Positions 27,127 to 39,929 of a stretch of 64,000 bases of DNA are shown one piece after another. Numbering within the stretch: the first letter of the stretch is position 1; every line of letters starts with the position of its first letter. Position numbers and translations under genes: made by a program. Where the stretch lies: NCBI RefSeq assembly GCF_001194135.2, contig NC_068988.1:97191861-97255860 (forward strand). The letters run 5' to 3'. The notes below the pieces were generated by a model. The model searched no databases. It was not told the origin of the DNA and saw only the letters and a program-made list of their open reading frames with translations. Origin of the DNA: Octopus bimaculoides (Eukaryota).

Positions 27127-28320
27127 AGTGCAAAATTATAAGCACTTCCATGAGCGTTTTATTCTGTGTGACCAATAAAGTAATAATTATTCATTTAGGT
27201 CGGCGGTAGGTTCGAAGAAGAATTTGTATGTATTTCTCAGAGTGTAACATTCGAAAATCTAAGATGTGTTGTTTAGGTCAACTAAGCTAATGTATGTATG
27301 TATGTATGTATGTAAGCATGTATGCTGTATGTAGACCCACACACGCGTACGTATATATGTATACATATGTTTGTATGTATGTATATGACTGCGTATATAA
27401 ATGTATGTGTTGATATGTGTGTGCGGTATTTGGTACTTCCGATTTGTGAACTGAGAAACAAACATCGCATTAATACCATCCTTTCATTAAAGAGGACATC
27501 CCATCTCATAAGAATAAGTTATATTATATGACTGATATCTTTATCACTCCTCCAGCCCCCCCCCCCTCATCACCTCACCCGTTCCTTACGCACACACCCA
27601 CCCTACTGTACCTCATTCTTAACCGAATTCACTCAATTCTTCTTTTCTCTCATTCCCGGTTCTTCTTCACCCTTTATTAGCCACATCAGGCACCCTCTCG
27701 TTTATTCTTAGGTCTATGTGCGCATACACACACANNNNNNNNNNNNNNNNNNNNNNNNNNNNNNNNNNNNNNNNNNNNNNNNNNNNNNNNNNNNNNNNNN
27801 NNNNNNNNNNNNNNNNNNNNNNNNNNNNNNNNNNNNNNNNNNNNNNNNNNNNNNNNNNNNNNNNNNNNNNNNNNNNNNNNNNNNNNNNNNNNNNNNNNNN
27901 NNNNNNNNNNNNNNNNNNNNNNNNNNNNNNNNNNNNNNNNNNNNNNNNNNNNNNNNNNNNNNNNNNNNNNNNNNNNNNNNNNNNNNNNNNNNNNNNNNNN
28001 NNNNNNNNNNNNNNNNNNNNNNNNNNNNNNTATACATATATGCATGTATGTATGTATACATGTATGTACATAGACACACACACACAAATACACATATAGA
28101 AAAGCTGAACTAGAAATGAGGAAATAAAGGAAAGCTCAGAGGTGCTTGTGGCCACATGGACAACGATAACACGATAGTTTATCAAAACAATACATTAATT
28201 AATCAATCTAATAATTAACTAATTATCTACTAACTGATAAATCAGAAGTGAAATATAACCAATGTGTGTGTCTTATTTGCAGCATGACCCGCCCAAAGTG
28301 CATGCTCGCACACATAGATT

Positions 28321-28406
<86 letters not shown>

Positions 28407-28865
28407 ACACCTACTTTCATATTTGACTTCACTCTAACTCCTTTCGCATCTAATGTAACTCTCTCTCTCTCTCACTCTCTCTCTCTCTCTCTCTCTCTCT
28501 CCTTCCTCAGCCTCTCTCATTCTATCCTTCTCCATTACATTCGTTTTTGTTATCCCTTCCTTCCTTATTACCCTCTCTCCACATTTTTACTTTCTCTCTC
28601 TCTCTCTCCCTCTCTCTCTCTCTCTCTTCCCTTTGTTTCTCTTGCCTGTCATCCAGAGCTGTTTCAGCTTTTTTTTCCCACTGTAATCTCATCCTTTGCT
28701 ATATTGCAAATCCCAGTTCCCTATTCAAAAAAGGCACAGATACCACAGCCCTTATTGCATCCGCCCCTACCCTTCTTTCTCTTTCTCCCTCTCTCTTTCC
28801 TTTTTCTTCACACCTTTTCCATTTAGTTTTACTCTCTTCCCTTCCATTGCTTTGCTCTCACTCTC

Positions 28866-28906
<41 letters not shown>

Positions 28907-29946
28907 AAAAGAATTCATAAATTAAAAAATCCAGATAAATTGTATTCATAGAAAAAAAATAAAGAAGTTGGCAATTTTTTTCTTCTCTAACTTTTCTCAT
29001 AGCAAGTGTTTACAGTATCTCAACGTGATTGCTTGTTTTTCTAAGCGACCTTCTTTTACTTTTCTCTCTTTTTCTTCTTCTTCTTTAGGCTTGGTCAGAG
29101 AAACAAACTTCTGTCTTTACTGATCAGCAACAGCGATATGTGACGTGCAATGTCCTTAAAAACCAACGCCTAGCCACTGACGCCTCCCTTCGTTGCAAAC
29201 CAGATTTATTGTGTGTATTCGTTTGTGTTTATTTTTGCTAGAGTTGTGTTGAAATTTTTATTCGGTTGTATTGGCCTTTTTTATTTTAAAAATTTATTTA
29301 AGCTGACTGTTCATTTAGATTGCAATGATCTGGTATAAAATACAAAAAAAATAATAAAATTCGCATAAAGCTATTAACCACAGCATGTCAGAATGTCGAA
29401 TTTACGGGTGAGACTTTACATAATTGTTCAACTTGTTAAAAATAACAGCCAAAATGTCTATCAAATCTCATCTTCTTATCTCAGAAAGAGCAAAATTCAC
29501 TTTGAATAGTGTCATGTTTGATACTTTCAGAAAAACAAAAAAGAAAAAACAGTCTAGTTGCGTCAGAAATATAGTCGATGATACGTTTGTACGATCCAGG
29601 TTGGTTTGAGGATTGCACATATTAACAACATCACCACCACCACCACCAGCAGCAGCAGGGATAACATCTGCTGAATGTCGTACTGTGGAGTGTGATCCTT
29701 ATTTTGGAAGAAGTTGAACCACAAAATCTTTGGGTTTCTTCTCGTCTTTCAATCATTTTCTTTTGGTTTGCGTTTATAAAAGAAAACACTTTCTTGAGGT
29801 ACCACGCAGTGAGATTGAACTGGAAAGCACTTGCATGCAAAGTGAACTTCTTTACCATACAGCCATGCCTACGCCTATCCGGGTATACTACAACACTTAG
29901 ACACGTAAACAGATAAATTTTTGTATATCCCATTCTCATAAAATTC

Positions 29947-29980
<34 letters not shown>

Positions 29981-31557
29981 CGAGAGAGAGGCAGTAGCAT
30001 CTTTAGTAAATGTCAAATTGTCCTGTTCCGTCAAAGCAAACGAAAAGATTGATTCTCGTTAACCATCATCAAGACTTCGCTTCGATTTACAACGTCAGAC
30101 ATAAATTATAAATTATATTTCATAAAATCTCATAAGATTAATAAGGAAACTCGATTCATTGTTTAGTTTTCAACACGGAAATAACATGGCCGATTTTATT
30201 AGATAAAACACATAAATAGTATCGCCGGTTTCTTGTAACACACGCAACATCACCGAACTCTTCAGTCACCAACCAACTAACCAATATTTAAATAAAAATG
30301 TAATAATAGAGGGAGAACATAAATTATATATAAAAAAAAAAGGAACTATTAAAAAAGACAAATAAGTTGGTGGGGATTGTGGTGGCAATCAATATGGTTG
30401 CTCACTTGGTCGTGTATTGAAATAACAGGATAGAAAACAGAAGAATGTTGCTGACATTAAGTAGAGTAAAATTTAATTACAGCTTTAATGAAAAGCAGTT
30501 GAAATAAGACGTACATACATACATGCGTATATGCATTCATAAACACATACACACACATATAAGCATGCATATATATATATATGTGTGTGTGTGTGTGTAT
30601 ATACATCATACATACATATATGCATATATATATATATATATATANNNNNNNNNNNNNNNNNNNNNNNNNNNNNNNNNNNNNNNNNNNNNNNNNNNNNNNN
30701 NNNNNNNNNNNNNNNNNNNNNNNNNNNNNNNNNNNNNNNNNNNNNNNNNNNNNNNNNNNNNNNNNNNNNNNNNNNNNNNNNNNNNNNNNNNNNNNNNNNN
30801 NNNNNNNNNNNNNNNNNNNNNNNNNNNNNNNNNNNNNNNNNNNNNNNNNNNNNNNNNNNNNNNNNNNNNNNNNNNNNNNNNNNNNNNNNNNNNNNNNNNN
30901 NNNNNNNNNNNNNNNNNNNNNNNNNNNNNNNNNNNNNNNNNNNNNNNNNNNNNTATATACATAAATATATATATATACACACACACAGGTATATTTATGT
31001 GTATCAATATACACGCATACATATATCATATATGTATATGAATAGAAAGAGAAATTGAAAGAGAGAGGAACAGAAGTGCATATATGCACATACACGAACG
31101 CATGCATGTACGTATGCGTATGTATATGTGCAAATTTGCGTGCATGTAATGTGTGTGTGTATGTGTGTGTGTATGTGTGTGTATATATAAATTTTTATAT
31201 ACACTTATGGATAGATATGTATAAAGTTATAGACATATACATATGTATGTGTGTGTATGTATCAGTCTATATCAACATATACATGTATATATATGTTTGT
31301 ATGGATATGTGTATGTATGAATGCATGTATGTATGTATATACGTGATAGAACACTAGGAACCCTTTTATTAACAAAGCTCTTTTAAAATGCAAAGCGGTT
31401 GTGTTGGCATATAAATAGAGCAGAGGCAGGGTGTGAAGATGGGGGTAAAACGTAAAAGTCAGAGACTTTAATAAAATATTTCAAGAATATGAGAAGCACA
31501 CGCTCACCCCGCCCCCCCCCATCTCAATACGTTTATGCTCATATACATACGCGCATA

Positions 31558-31599
<42 letters not shown>

Positions 31600-31600
<1 letters not shown>

Positions 31601-31660
31601 ACGCAGGTATGGTTGTATGGTTGAGAAGCTTGCTTACCAACCATGTGGTCTTGAGTTCAG
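31600..31660 (+). mobile_element. Family C SINE head (truncated at B box)
   Basis: GACGCAGGTATGGTTGTATGGTTGAGAAGCTTGCTTACCAACCATGTGGTCTTGAGTTCAG aligns with the head at 13330-13398 (minus strand). Confidence 0.75.
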
Positions 31661-32100
31661 GCATGGTCATTAAATACAAGGAAGAAATTACTTGTACACT
31701 AATAGATGTAAGTGTTCCTACTGTAGAGGAATTTGACAGACTAAGTAAATATAAGGAACTGGAAATTGAAATACAAAAGATGTGGCATCTTAAAGCGAGA
31801 ACTGTTACTGTGGATGCCCTAGGTACGATAAGAAAAGGATGTCAGAAACATCTAGATAATATCCCAGGAGCACCATGTCTCCCAGAAATCCAAATGTTTG
31901 TGCTGACAAGTACTGCCCACATCCTTAGAAAAGCCCTATCCATTTACATGTGTGTGTTGTATTACACGAATATATTTCGCTCCTGCCCCTGCCACTTCCC
32001 CTCCCCAAGCTTTCAGTGAAACAGTTAACATCTCTTATTCTTCACTCGCCCCAGGACGCTGGTAAGTGATTCTAACAAACATGCAGATTAAAAGCAATAA
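31661..32100 (+). mobile_element. Dong/R4-like LINE 3' end, restriction-like endonuclease domain plus 3' UTR
   Basis: MVIKYKEEITCTLIDVSVP...KYKELEIEIQKMW.LK..TV.V.ALG.I.KG..KHL..IPG...L.EIQ..VL.STAHILRKALS is the RLE C-terminus of R4/Dong. Ends at an (AT)n tract. Confidence 0.9.
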
Positions 32101-32167
32101 TATATATATATATANNNNNNNNNNTATATATGTATATATATGTATATATGTATGTAATGTATGCATG

Positions 32168-32207
<40 letters not shown>

Positions 32208-32804
32208 CATACATACATACATACATTATATACACGCATACATACATACATACGTACATACATACACACACATGCGAGAATCGTAAGGCTACAAGCTTTG
32301 TTTTACGAATCTTGAGACAGACTGGAAACTCAGATGATGAAACAGTCAGTCTTTCGGATAAATTAAACTTCTCCAGTTCCTGAAATATCTGTCTATCTAT
32401 CTATTTCTCTATCTATCTCTCTCTCTCTCTATCTATCTCTCTATCTATCTATCTCTCTATCTATCTATCTATCTACCTATCTATCTAACATCATTCGCTA
32501 TCCTCAACTCAATACTACGACGAGGACCACCAGCACCACCACCAGCACTATCATCATCATCATCATCATCATCATTAGGTGACGAAGCTGTAATTCCAAC
32601 TTCCCTCACCCTTCTACCGTCGAAGTATGTCTTTTCAATTTAATATTTTCAAGTGAGTCTAGAACCAATGAAGCGTGACGGAGCAATTGTGTCTTCACAA
32701 ATATCTCGAGTTTAGTTGACCCAGGACAAAGAATGAATGCACAAGACGGAGATAAAGAAGGACACAGAAATGAATACGCGAATCTGAGATGAAGACAGAA
32801 TGGA

Positions 32805-32857
<53 letters not shown>

Positions 32858-33281
32858 AGGNNNNNNNNNNAGAGGGGCGGAGAGGTGATTGAGAGATAGG
32901 TGGGGGGGGGGGAGAATACGCAGTCGATTTCAATAAAAACGGTATAAGACCGGAGGTCAAACTATGATTCTCTAAGAGGAGAATAATGTGAGAGAGAGAG
33001 AAAGAGAGAGGCGAAGGGTATGAGAAAATGAGAAACCGACTGAAAGAGAGAGGGAGAGAGGGGGAGAGAGGGAGAGAGAGGGGGAGAAAAGATACTACAC
33101 CTCACAGATTACGTCAATGAATAAAAGCAGTGGAGCGTAAAATCATTGGTGTATAATAATTAAACTATTTGTACATCGAACACAAAACATAAGAGAGGTC
33201 GAAACATCCCGCCTCCTCTGCCATCGCAATACACCAATAGACACCGTACACAATTGTTTATAGAAAGAGCAGTTGTATCAC

Positions 33282-33316
<35 letters not shown>

Positions 33317-33413
33317 AAGGTGGTGAAGAGACTGAAGCAATAAAATTCTTATGCAGAAGAAAACAGATGACTAGCGCTGCGGGAGAAGCTTCTACTAGTG
33401 ATTATTATTATTA

Positions 33414-33453
<40 letters not shown>

Positions 33454-34199
33454 CATTATTAGCAGCAGCCGCCGCCACCACCATCATCATCATCGTCATC
33501 ATTATAATTGCTGTTGCTGTCGTTAATGCTTTGTTTTTTATCACAATTGTAAACCTTAGGACTAAGTTTTATTCCTAAATTTCTTTTTCGTATCATATTT
33601 ATTTATTTATTTATTTAATTATTTATTTATTCATTTATTTATTTACCTTCGTTAATTGGACGAGTAACATCGTAAACATTGTACACTTTTTATTTGGCTT
33701 TAATAATTATTAGATTTTATTTATATAATGCATAGATTTCAGTGCGTGTATCGAATATATATATATATATGTGCGTGTGTATGTATGTGTATATATATGT
33801 ACACATACACATGTATATATATATGTGTGTGTGTGCGTGTGTGTGTGTGTGCGTNNNNNNNNNNGTGTGTGTGTGTGTGTGTGTGTGCAGCAACCGTATG
33901 TATGTAACATGTATGTATATGAGCAGTATAGTCCTGTTTCAGCTTTCTAAATGACCTGAAACCTGTTATTTATTTAACTATGAAGTATTTTCTGGCTTTG
34001 ATGAGTGAAGGAAGTTTGTTTTTAGCATTGTTACATAAACAAATCTCCATTATATATCTCCAGTGGTTAAAGTGAATTAGACGGTCTTCACGTTTTAACA
34101 ATATATTGTGAGTAAACACGGTTTAATACCACACCTTCCTTCATAGGATTATCAATAAACAGAAAGGAAACAGTTTAATTCAGAAAAGTTGAGTGAAGT

Positions 34200-34560
34200 T
34201 AGCATGCTGTTATTCAAGACTGTTTTAGGGATCTCTGTTGATAGAGAAATTATCACCGGTTTCGTGGCACGAAGTATATCTGCAGATAGTTAAATCTGAG
34301 TTAAGTGTTGTATCATCTGCTTGAAGACGATGTAATGGTGGAAGATATGGTGTTGGCTGCGGAAGAGCTGGGTTTAAAAGATATAGGTAATTCTCTCGCA
34401 ATGTCAGTCAAATACAGGGTTACGCAAGGACACTAACTCGAGCAGACAGTTCAGAGCAGCAAATGATTTGAGTCACTCCAAAAGAGTTAACGAATAGAGT
34501 AGCAATGAGAGTGTCAAGAAGGGCTGTATACAATGATTTCAAGGATTTATCACTTATTTA
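34200..34560 (-). mobile_element. CR1/L2-like RT fragment (degenerate)
   Basis: Minus strand gives ...HRLQADDTTL (YADD-like catalytic motif), downstream of a degenerate VP/SV..P.F..Y region. Confidence 0.5.
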
Positions 34561-34660
34561 TAATATTCTTTCACGTATACTTAAAGATTAATTTATCTTG
34601 AACAATTACTAATTCATCTGGCACATTTACTTAGTGATTAATTTATATTGCCTTCTGAAG

Positions 34661-34805
34661 CAGTGGTTCCCAACCTGTGGTCCGCGAACCCCTGGTAGTT
34701 CGCAAATGTAGAGCTGGTGGTCCGTCAGGATGTAGTGCTGGGGTCCGTGGGAAAACTCAGTTAAATAAAAGGAGTCCTTGGTAGTGAAAAAGTTGGGAAC
34801 CACTG
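34661..34805. mobile_element. hAT (Charlie/MER5-like) MITE, 145 bp
   Basis: TIRs CAGTGGTTCCCAAC / GTTGGGAACCACTG. Flanks TTCTGAAG and TTCTAGAA resemble an 8-bp NTCTAGAN TSD with one indel. Confidence 0.9.
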
Positions 34806-35810
34806 TTCTAGAAGAAGGCCAGGCTTTACTGATGAAGACAGAATAAAATCAAAACAGCTCCGATGTTTTTTTTAATAATTCCTTCAGTAAACGTATTTAT
34901 TACTGACTTACCTAATTCCACAATACCTTTAGAAAATAAATAAACGTCACAATATCTCAGTTACACTAGAAAAAAAAACAAACAAATTTTGGTGTTTTGT
35001 ACCTGTAGAAAATAAATCAATATTTTTCCTATATAAGAGCCAATGTGAATAGAAGAGCTTTTGATTTACCTGAACAACCAAAAGTTCATGTTTATTTTAA
35101 ATGTCTGATGCCTTCCCATCATTTTTCCTATTTTCATTTGTCGAATCTCTCTGACTTGTCTTTCTCGCTCTATCTCATCTTCCCTTTTCTTTCCACATTT
35201 CTTTAACTCTTTCTTCTTCTCCATCCTTGTTTCTTATTTTCTTTTTATTCTCTTTATTTCCTCCCTTCTTTCTTTTATTTTTCTCTCTCCCCTTTCTTTC
35301 CTTACTTTTCTCTCCCTTATTTTCTACAATCCCCTTTCCACCTTATCTTACCTACTCTCTTCCCCACCCCCTAGTTTCTTTTCATTTGCATTATACCTCG
35401 CTCTTCCCCGATTTCTCTGTGCTGTTTTGTCTCTCTTCGTGTCTGTAAGTTCATCATTCCTTCTACCTCCATGTCTACCTCACACTTTAAACATTAAATC
35501 ATATTTCCTTTCATTAACATTCTCTCTTTCCTACCGCCAACTCTCATTCCAGCTATCATTTTCATAACAATCCCCACCACACTCACTTTTTTTTTCTCTC
35601 ACGTCTATTTTCCACTTGCTCTCTCTCTCTCTTTCTCTTACATTTTCTTACTTTCTTTCTCTGTTGTTCTCTCGCAAAATATTATCTCGAAAATTCCTCT
35701 CTCCTTATCAAATTCTCACTTCCTTTGTTTCCATTTAACATTTCCAAACTATCTCCGGTCTCTCACACACTCTCAGTCCTTGTCTCAATTTCTCAGTCTT
35801 TCTCCTCCCT

Positions 35811-35878
<68 letters not shown>

Positions 35879-36479
35879 CCCTATCTCTCACGCACTCACT
35901 CAAACACACTCACTCAAACACACATAGTTTTTGACTTTCCCGAATTGTCAATCTGTCACAGTTTTACAGTACTTCCTTGGAATTTTCTCTCCTTTTCGCC
36001 CTCAATGATGGAAACACGATATCTCCATAACTTTCACGGTACACTTTATTTTAGAAGTTCTTCACAACATGTTTCTATTATTACCAAATATTGAAATATA
36101 CTTGGCAGTTATTTGTGAAGGAGGATATCACTTTGATAATAATCTCTTTGCTACTTTAGTCAGAAACCAGCTTTTTTTTATTTTATTTTATTTTATTTTA
36201 ATTTGTTTCATTTTCTTTTTATTTTATTTTGCTATTATAATTTCTAGTCTGAAAATAACGACGTCAAACAAGCAAAGCTAACGAGAAGATCTAAACAGAT
36301 ATAACAATACCGTCGTCATATAAACGGGGGAAACAAATATGGAATAACAAAAATAAGTAAATAAAATAAAAATAAATAAACACATCACATAACGGAAGAA
36401 AAAATAATATGGATGGTGGAAAAACAGTAAGAGTGTAAGGCAAAACAAGCATACATACATACACACACACACACATTCA

Positions 36480-36535
36480 CCTTTTATCTTTTACTTGTTT
36501 CAGTCATTAGACTGTGGTCATGCTGGGGCATCACC
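36480..36535 (+). mobile_element. Family D repeat, 5' fragment
   Basis: CTTGTTTCAGTCATTAGACTGTGGTCATGCTGGGGCATCACC, truncated by a microsatellite. Confidence 0.7.
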
Positions 36536-36537
36536 AT

Positions 36538-36590
<53 letters not shown>

Positions 36591-36618
36591 GCGTGTGTGC
36601 GTGTGCGTGTGTGCGTGT

Positions 36619-36942
36619 GGAGGCGCAATGGCCCAGTGGTTAGGGCAGCGAATTCGCGGTCATAGGATCGCGGTTTCGATTCCCAGACCGGGCGTTGTGA
36701 GTGTTTGTTGAGCGAAAACACTTAAAGCTCCAAGTGGATCCCGAGGGGGGGGGGTGAACCCTACTGTATGTACTCTTTCACTACACCTTCCTCTCACTCT
36801 TTCTTCCTGTTTCTGCTTTACTTGTATTATTTCAAAGGGCCAGCCTTGTCACACTTTGTGTCATGCTGAATCTTCCGAAGAAGTACGTTAAGGGTACACG
36901 TGTCTGTGGAGTGCTCAGCCACTTGCACATTAATTTCACGAG
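36619..36942 (+). mobile_element. tRNA-head SINE (family B1), near full length
   Basis: GGAGGCGCAATGGCCCAGTGGTTAGGGCAGCG...GGTTTCGATTCCCAGACC. Body GGGTACACGTGTCTGTGGAGTGCTCAGCCAC is shared with 44894-45206 (minus strand). Confidence 0.9.
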
Positions 36943-37632
36943 CATTGCTAACTCTCCTTCAAATCATACCGTTACCTTAAAAAAAATGAATGATGATAAA
37001 GTAGTCCTGAGTCTACTATATCCGTATAAAAGAAAAGATGATCATAGATTTTGATCAGCCTTTCATCATAGGTTTGTTCAACGAGTACCTGGCCTGGGGC
37101 CAAACGCCAAATGAACAAAATATGGCAGGAAGAATAAAAAGAAAGCAAAAAATAGATAGAAAAGAATCGATGAATATTGATTCTTTACAAAGGTCCGAAT
37201 TCTGAAATTTTTCGGGTGGGTGGGGACAGTCATTTACTTTATTTTCCGGCACACAAGTCGACATAGTATATAGTGTAAAGATGCAGTGTAAAGATGCAGT
37301 GTAAACATACAAACATCTTCACGACCTTTCCAATTCCTGCTGCATTTCACTTCGAATTTTTGGTCCTCCGGAATCGTTTTGGTGTATAATTCACCCTACT
37401 TTTATTTGGTTGTAAATTTTGGTCACAAAATTTTGGCTTGTATGCGGGAAAACACGGTTTATTGAACCCCAGTGTTTGACTTGCTGTTTGTTTTTTAATG
37501 AACCGCAAAATGAGGAAAGATAAAGATGACGTCGGCAAGATTTGAATGCAGAACGTAAAGAAGCGAAACTAAATATTACATATTTTGTTCGACACTACGA
37601 TTTCTGAAAACCGCCCTCAGAATCCCTTTATT

Positions 37633-37835
37633 TTGGTTTCAAATTCTGACACAAGGCCAGCAATTTCAGTGTAGATGATATCGACCCCAGTGCTCAACTG
37701 GTACTTACTTTATCGACCCCAAAAGAATGAAAGGTAAAGTCGACCTCGGCGGAATTTTAGCTTAGAATGTAAAGACGAACGAAATGCCGCTAGCATTTTG
37801 CCCGGGGTGCGAATAATTCTGCCGGTTCACCGCCT
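37633..37835 (-). mobile_element. Family A SINE
   Basis: Aligns with 10528-10728 and the plus-strand copies. Confidence 0.9.
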
Positions 37836-38499
37836 TAGAATCCCTTAATATTAAAAACAAAATTGAAAAAATAATCAGATAGAAATATAAAATAATGGTA
37901 AGAATATTGAAATATTGTGAGCCTAGGCTTCAGTGTAAATATTTGAAGAATTCGTGTGGGCGTTGTGTACTTAGAGCAAGTCAGTTCTGCAGGGTCTATT
38001 CCTTTACAAATTACTTATATGGTGATGGCTTTGTTACTACTGCGATTATATTAAAGAATGGCATCATTCATTTGCACGATTCCAATCATAGAGCTTCCAG
38101 GCAGTTTCCTTATCGATTGTGACATTTGCAGCTCCCAAGGATATATACATTGATTTCTTTCTAGCACAGTGAAGAATGTCATACGTTAAAAGGGTTCTTT
38201 TTAGTGAGCTCACACATTCGAACGGTTTTTTCTAGTATAAGCAGGTTACGCATCTGACAGGTTCTAATAAACAGGCACAAGTACACACACATCTGAAGGG
38301 CTTTTTCAGACATGGGCACAAAATCATACACTTGAAGGTTTCCTTCAACTATAGGCACAAGGTTTGATATTTGAACCGCACTTCCAAGCATGGACATAAT
38401 AACTTGCATTTGAAGGGGTCTTTCAGGCAGGGGCATAAAGCAACATATCAAAAGTAATCATATTAGTATGGCACAAATTTATACATTCTAAGGGTTCTT

Positions 38500-38700
38500 T
38501 AGGGTACTGGTACAAGATCACCTATTTGAGGTGAGGGATAAAAATGATTAAATCGACTGCAGTATTTCCCTGGTATTTATGTTTATCGATTCTGGGACGG
38601 ATAATACTTAAAACTAATGTAGATAGAATTTCAACTTAGATGAAAAAGAATGAATTCTAAACACCAGCAGGTATTTCGCCTACGGCTCTAACAATTCTCC
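38500..38700 (-). mobile_element. Family A SINE, highly degenerate
   Basis: Residual motifs TATCGATTCTGGGACGG...GAATTTCAACTTAGA...GGTATTTCGCCTACGGCTCTAACAATTCT. Confidence 0.5.
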
Positions 38701-39161
38701 TCAATCCCCGAACTTCTAAAAGAGGAAAGTATTTACAAAAATGAAAGAGAAGGAGTAATATCCGAGGCAAAGGAATGAAAAGAAGAAACTTGCAAATGGA
38801 AATAAAATAAAAGAAAATATAAAAACATGAGAAAATTCCCAAAGTTAAATGAAAACATGAAAGGAAAGAAACTTCAAAAAATTAAGAAAAAGGAGAAATT
38901 GAAAAGAAAATCTAGATAGAAATGGAGGTAGATAAAATTAGAAAAGCGACAAATATTTTAAGATGAAAGGAAAACAAACAAATGGAAATATCTGATCAAT
39001 AAGAAAGGAGAAAAGGTAAAGAGAAAAGGCAAACGTGATAAATAATAGTAAAAGTTTCTAACGAAATTTTGAGAGGGTTAGTCCACCCCCTAGATCCCAG
39101 CCCGACTAAATGGGCTACGTGTACCACATTCTAGTTTGTGATTTATTGTTTTGTACATACA

Positions 39162-39197
<36 letters not shown>

Positions 39198-39240
39198 CAT
39201 TTCTAAATCTCTCAGAGACATTTATGCAATAGTGATACGA

Positions 39241-39617
39241 TAAAGTAGTTGTATGCTGTCAACTTAATGTGACAGTCCCATGAAGGGAATAATGCTACTA
39301 CTATTCAGCCCAAGGAAGCAGCACCACTTCCTGTCGGCCTTGACACATTTCCTGTGTCCTTATATTTACAAGAGCTTGACAGGCATTTCCAGCACCAGGC
39401 CATGCTACTCCAGACTGATGACGGGCAAGACTCAGAAACTAGTCTCTGGATGCAGGCTAAGCTAGGTAGAAGTGCTTGTCTCCCCCTTGTAAACATAAGG
39501 GCACAGGAAATGTGTCATGGCCGACAGGAAGCGGTGCTGCTTCCTAGGGCTAAATAGCAGTAGTATTATCCCCTTCATGGGACTGTCACATTAAGTTGAC
39601 AGCATACAACTACTTTA
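39241..39617. mobile_element. Palindromic MITE-like element with 132-bp inverted arms and TA ends
   Basis: 39241-39372 versus the reverse complement of 39486-39617: 123/132 identical, with the outer 47 bp perfect. Complementarity stops exactly outside the terminal TA dinucleotides. The inner 113 bp is also imperfectly self-complementary. Confidence 0.9.
39409..39450 (+). ncRNA. Minimal type I hammerhead ribozyme
   Basis: Helix I TCCAGA/TCTGGA (6 bp perfect). Core CTGATGA 39415-21. Helix II C-GGG caaga CTC-A. GAAAC 39435-39. Palindromic helix III ACTAGT. GTC cleavage triplet 39442-44. Confidence 0.8.
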
Positions 39618-39929
39618 CATATATATACTTTTCATTTAATGTTTCTTCATTACACTATTCAGTTCACTTCACGTCTTCTAAGAATTTTTCTAAAGCCACT
39701 GTTCTACTATGTAATACTTCTTTATTTATTTATTTGAATTTATTCTACACATTTCAAAGTATAAAATAGGTATACTCTAGCTATATCAATTAGAAGATAG
39801 CAGTTTTGCAACACTGTTAGTAGTTTTCTAATTTTCGTGCCCCAGTTCTTTCAATTTGTAACTGTATATAACTGTCATGTGTAATGCATTTATACCTATT
39901 GTTTCCTGCATTGTGTTCAGATTTTGATA

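Noticed and set aside
29090-29170. Strong polypyrimidine-AG acceptor at 29089 as possible exon 2
   Set aside because: All three frames stop within about 30 codons and there is no good donor. Pyrimidine tracts are ubiquitous here.
32318-32352. CAGATGA-T-GAAAC-A-GTC hammerhead look-alike
   Set aside because: Core U4 is replaced and helix II is absent. Cannot be distinguished from chance.
34829-34860. CTGATGA...AAAACAGCTC hammerhead look-alike
   Set aside because: No GAAA, no helix II and no NUH in register.
36619-36690. tRNA gene (also other SINE heads)
   Set aside because: A/B boxes are present, but there is no acceptor-stem closure or cloverleaf and the sequence continues into SINE bodies shared by several copies.
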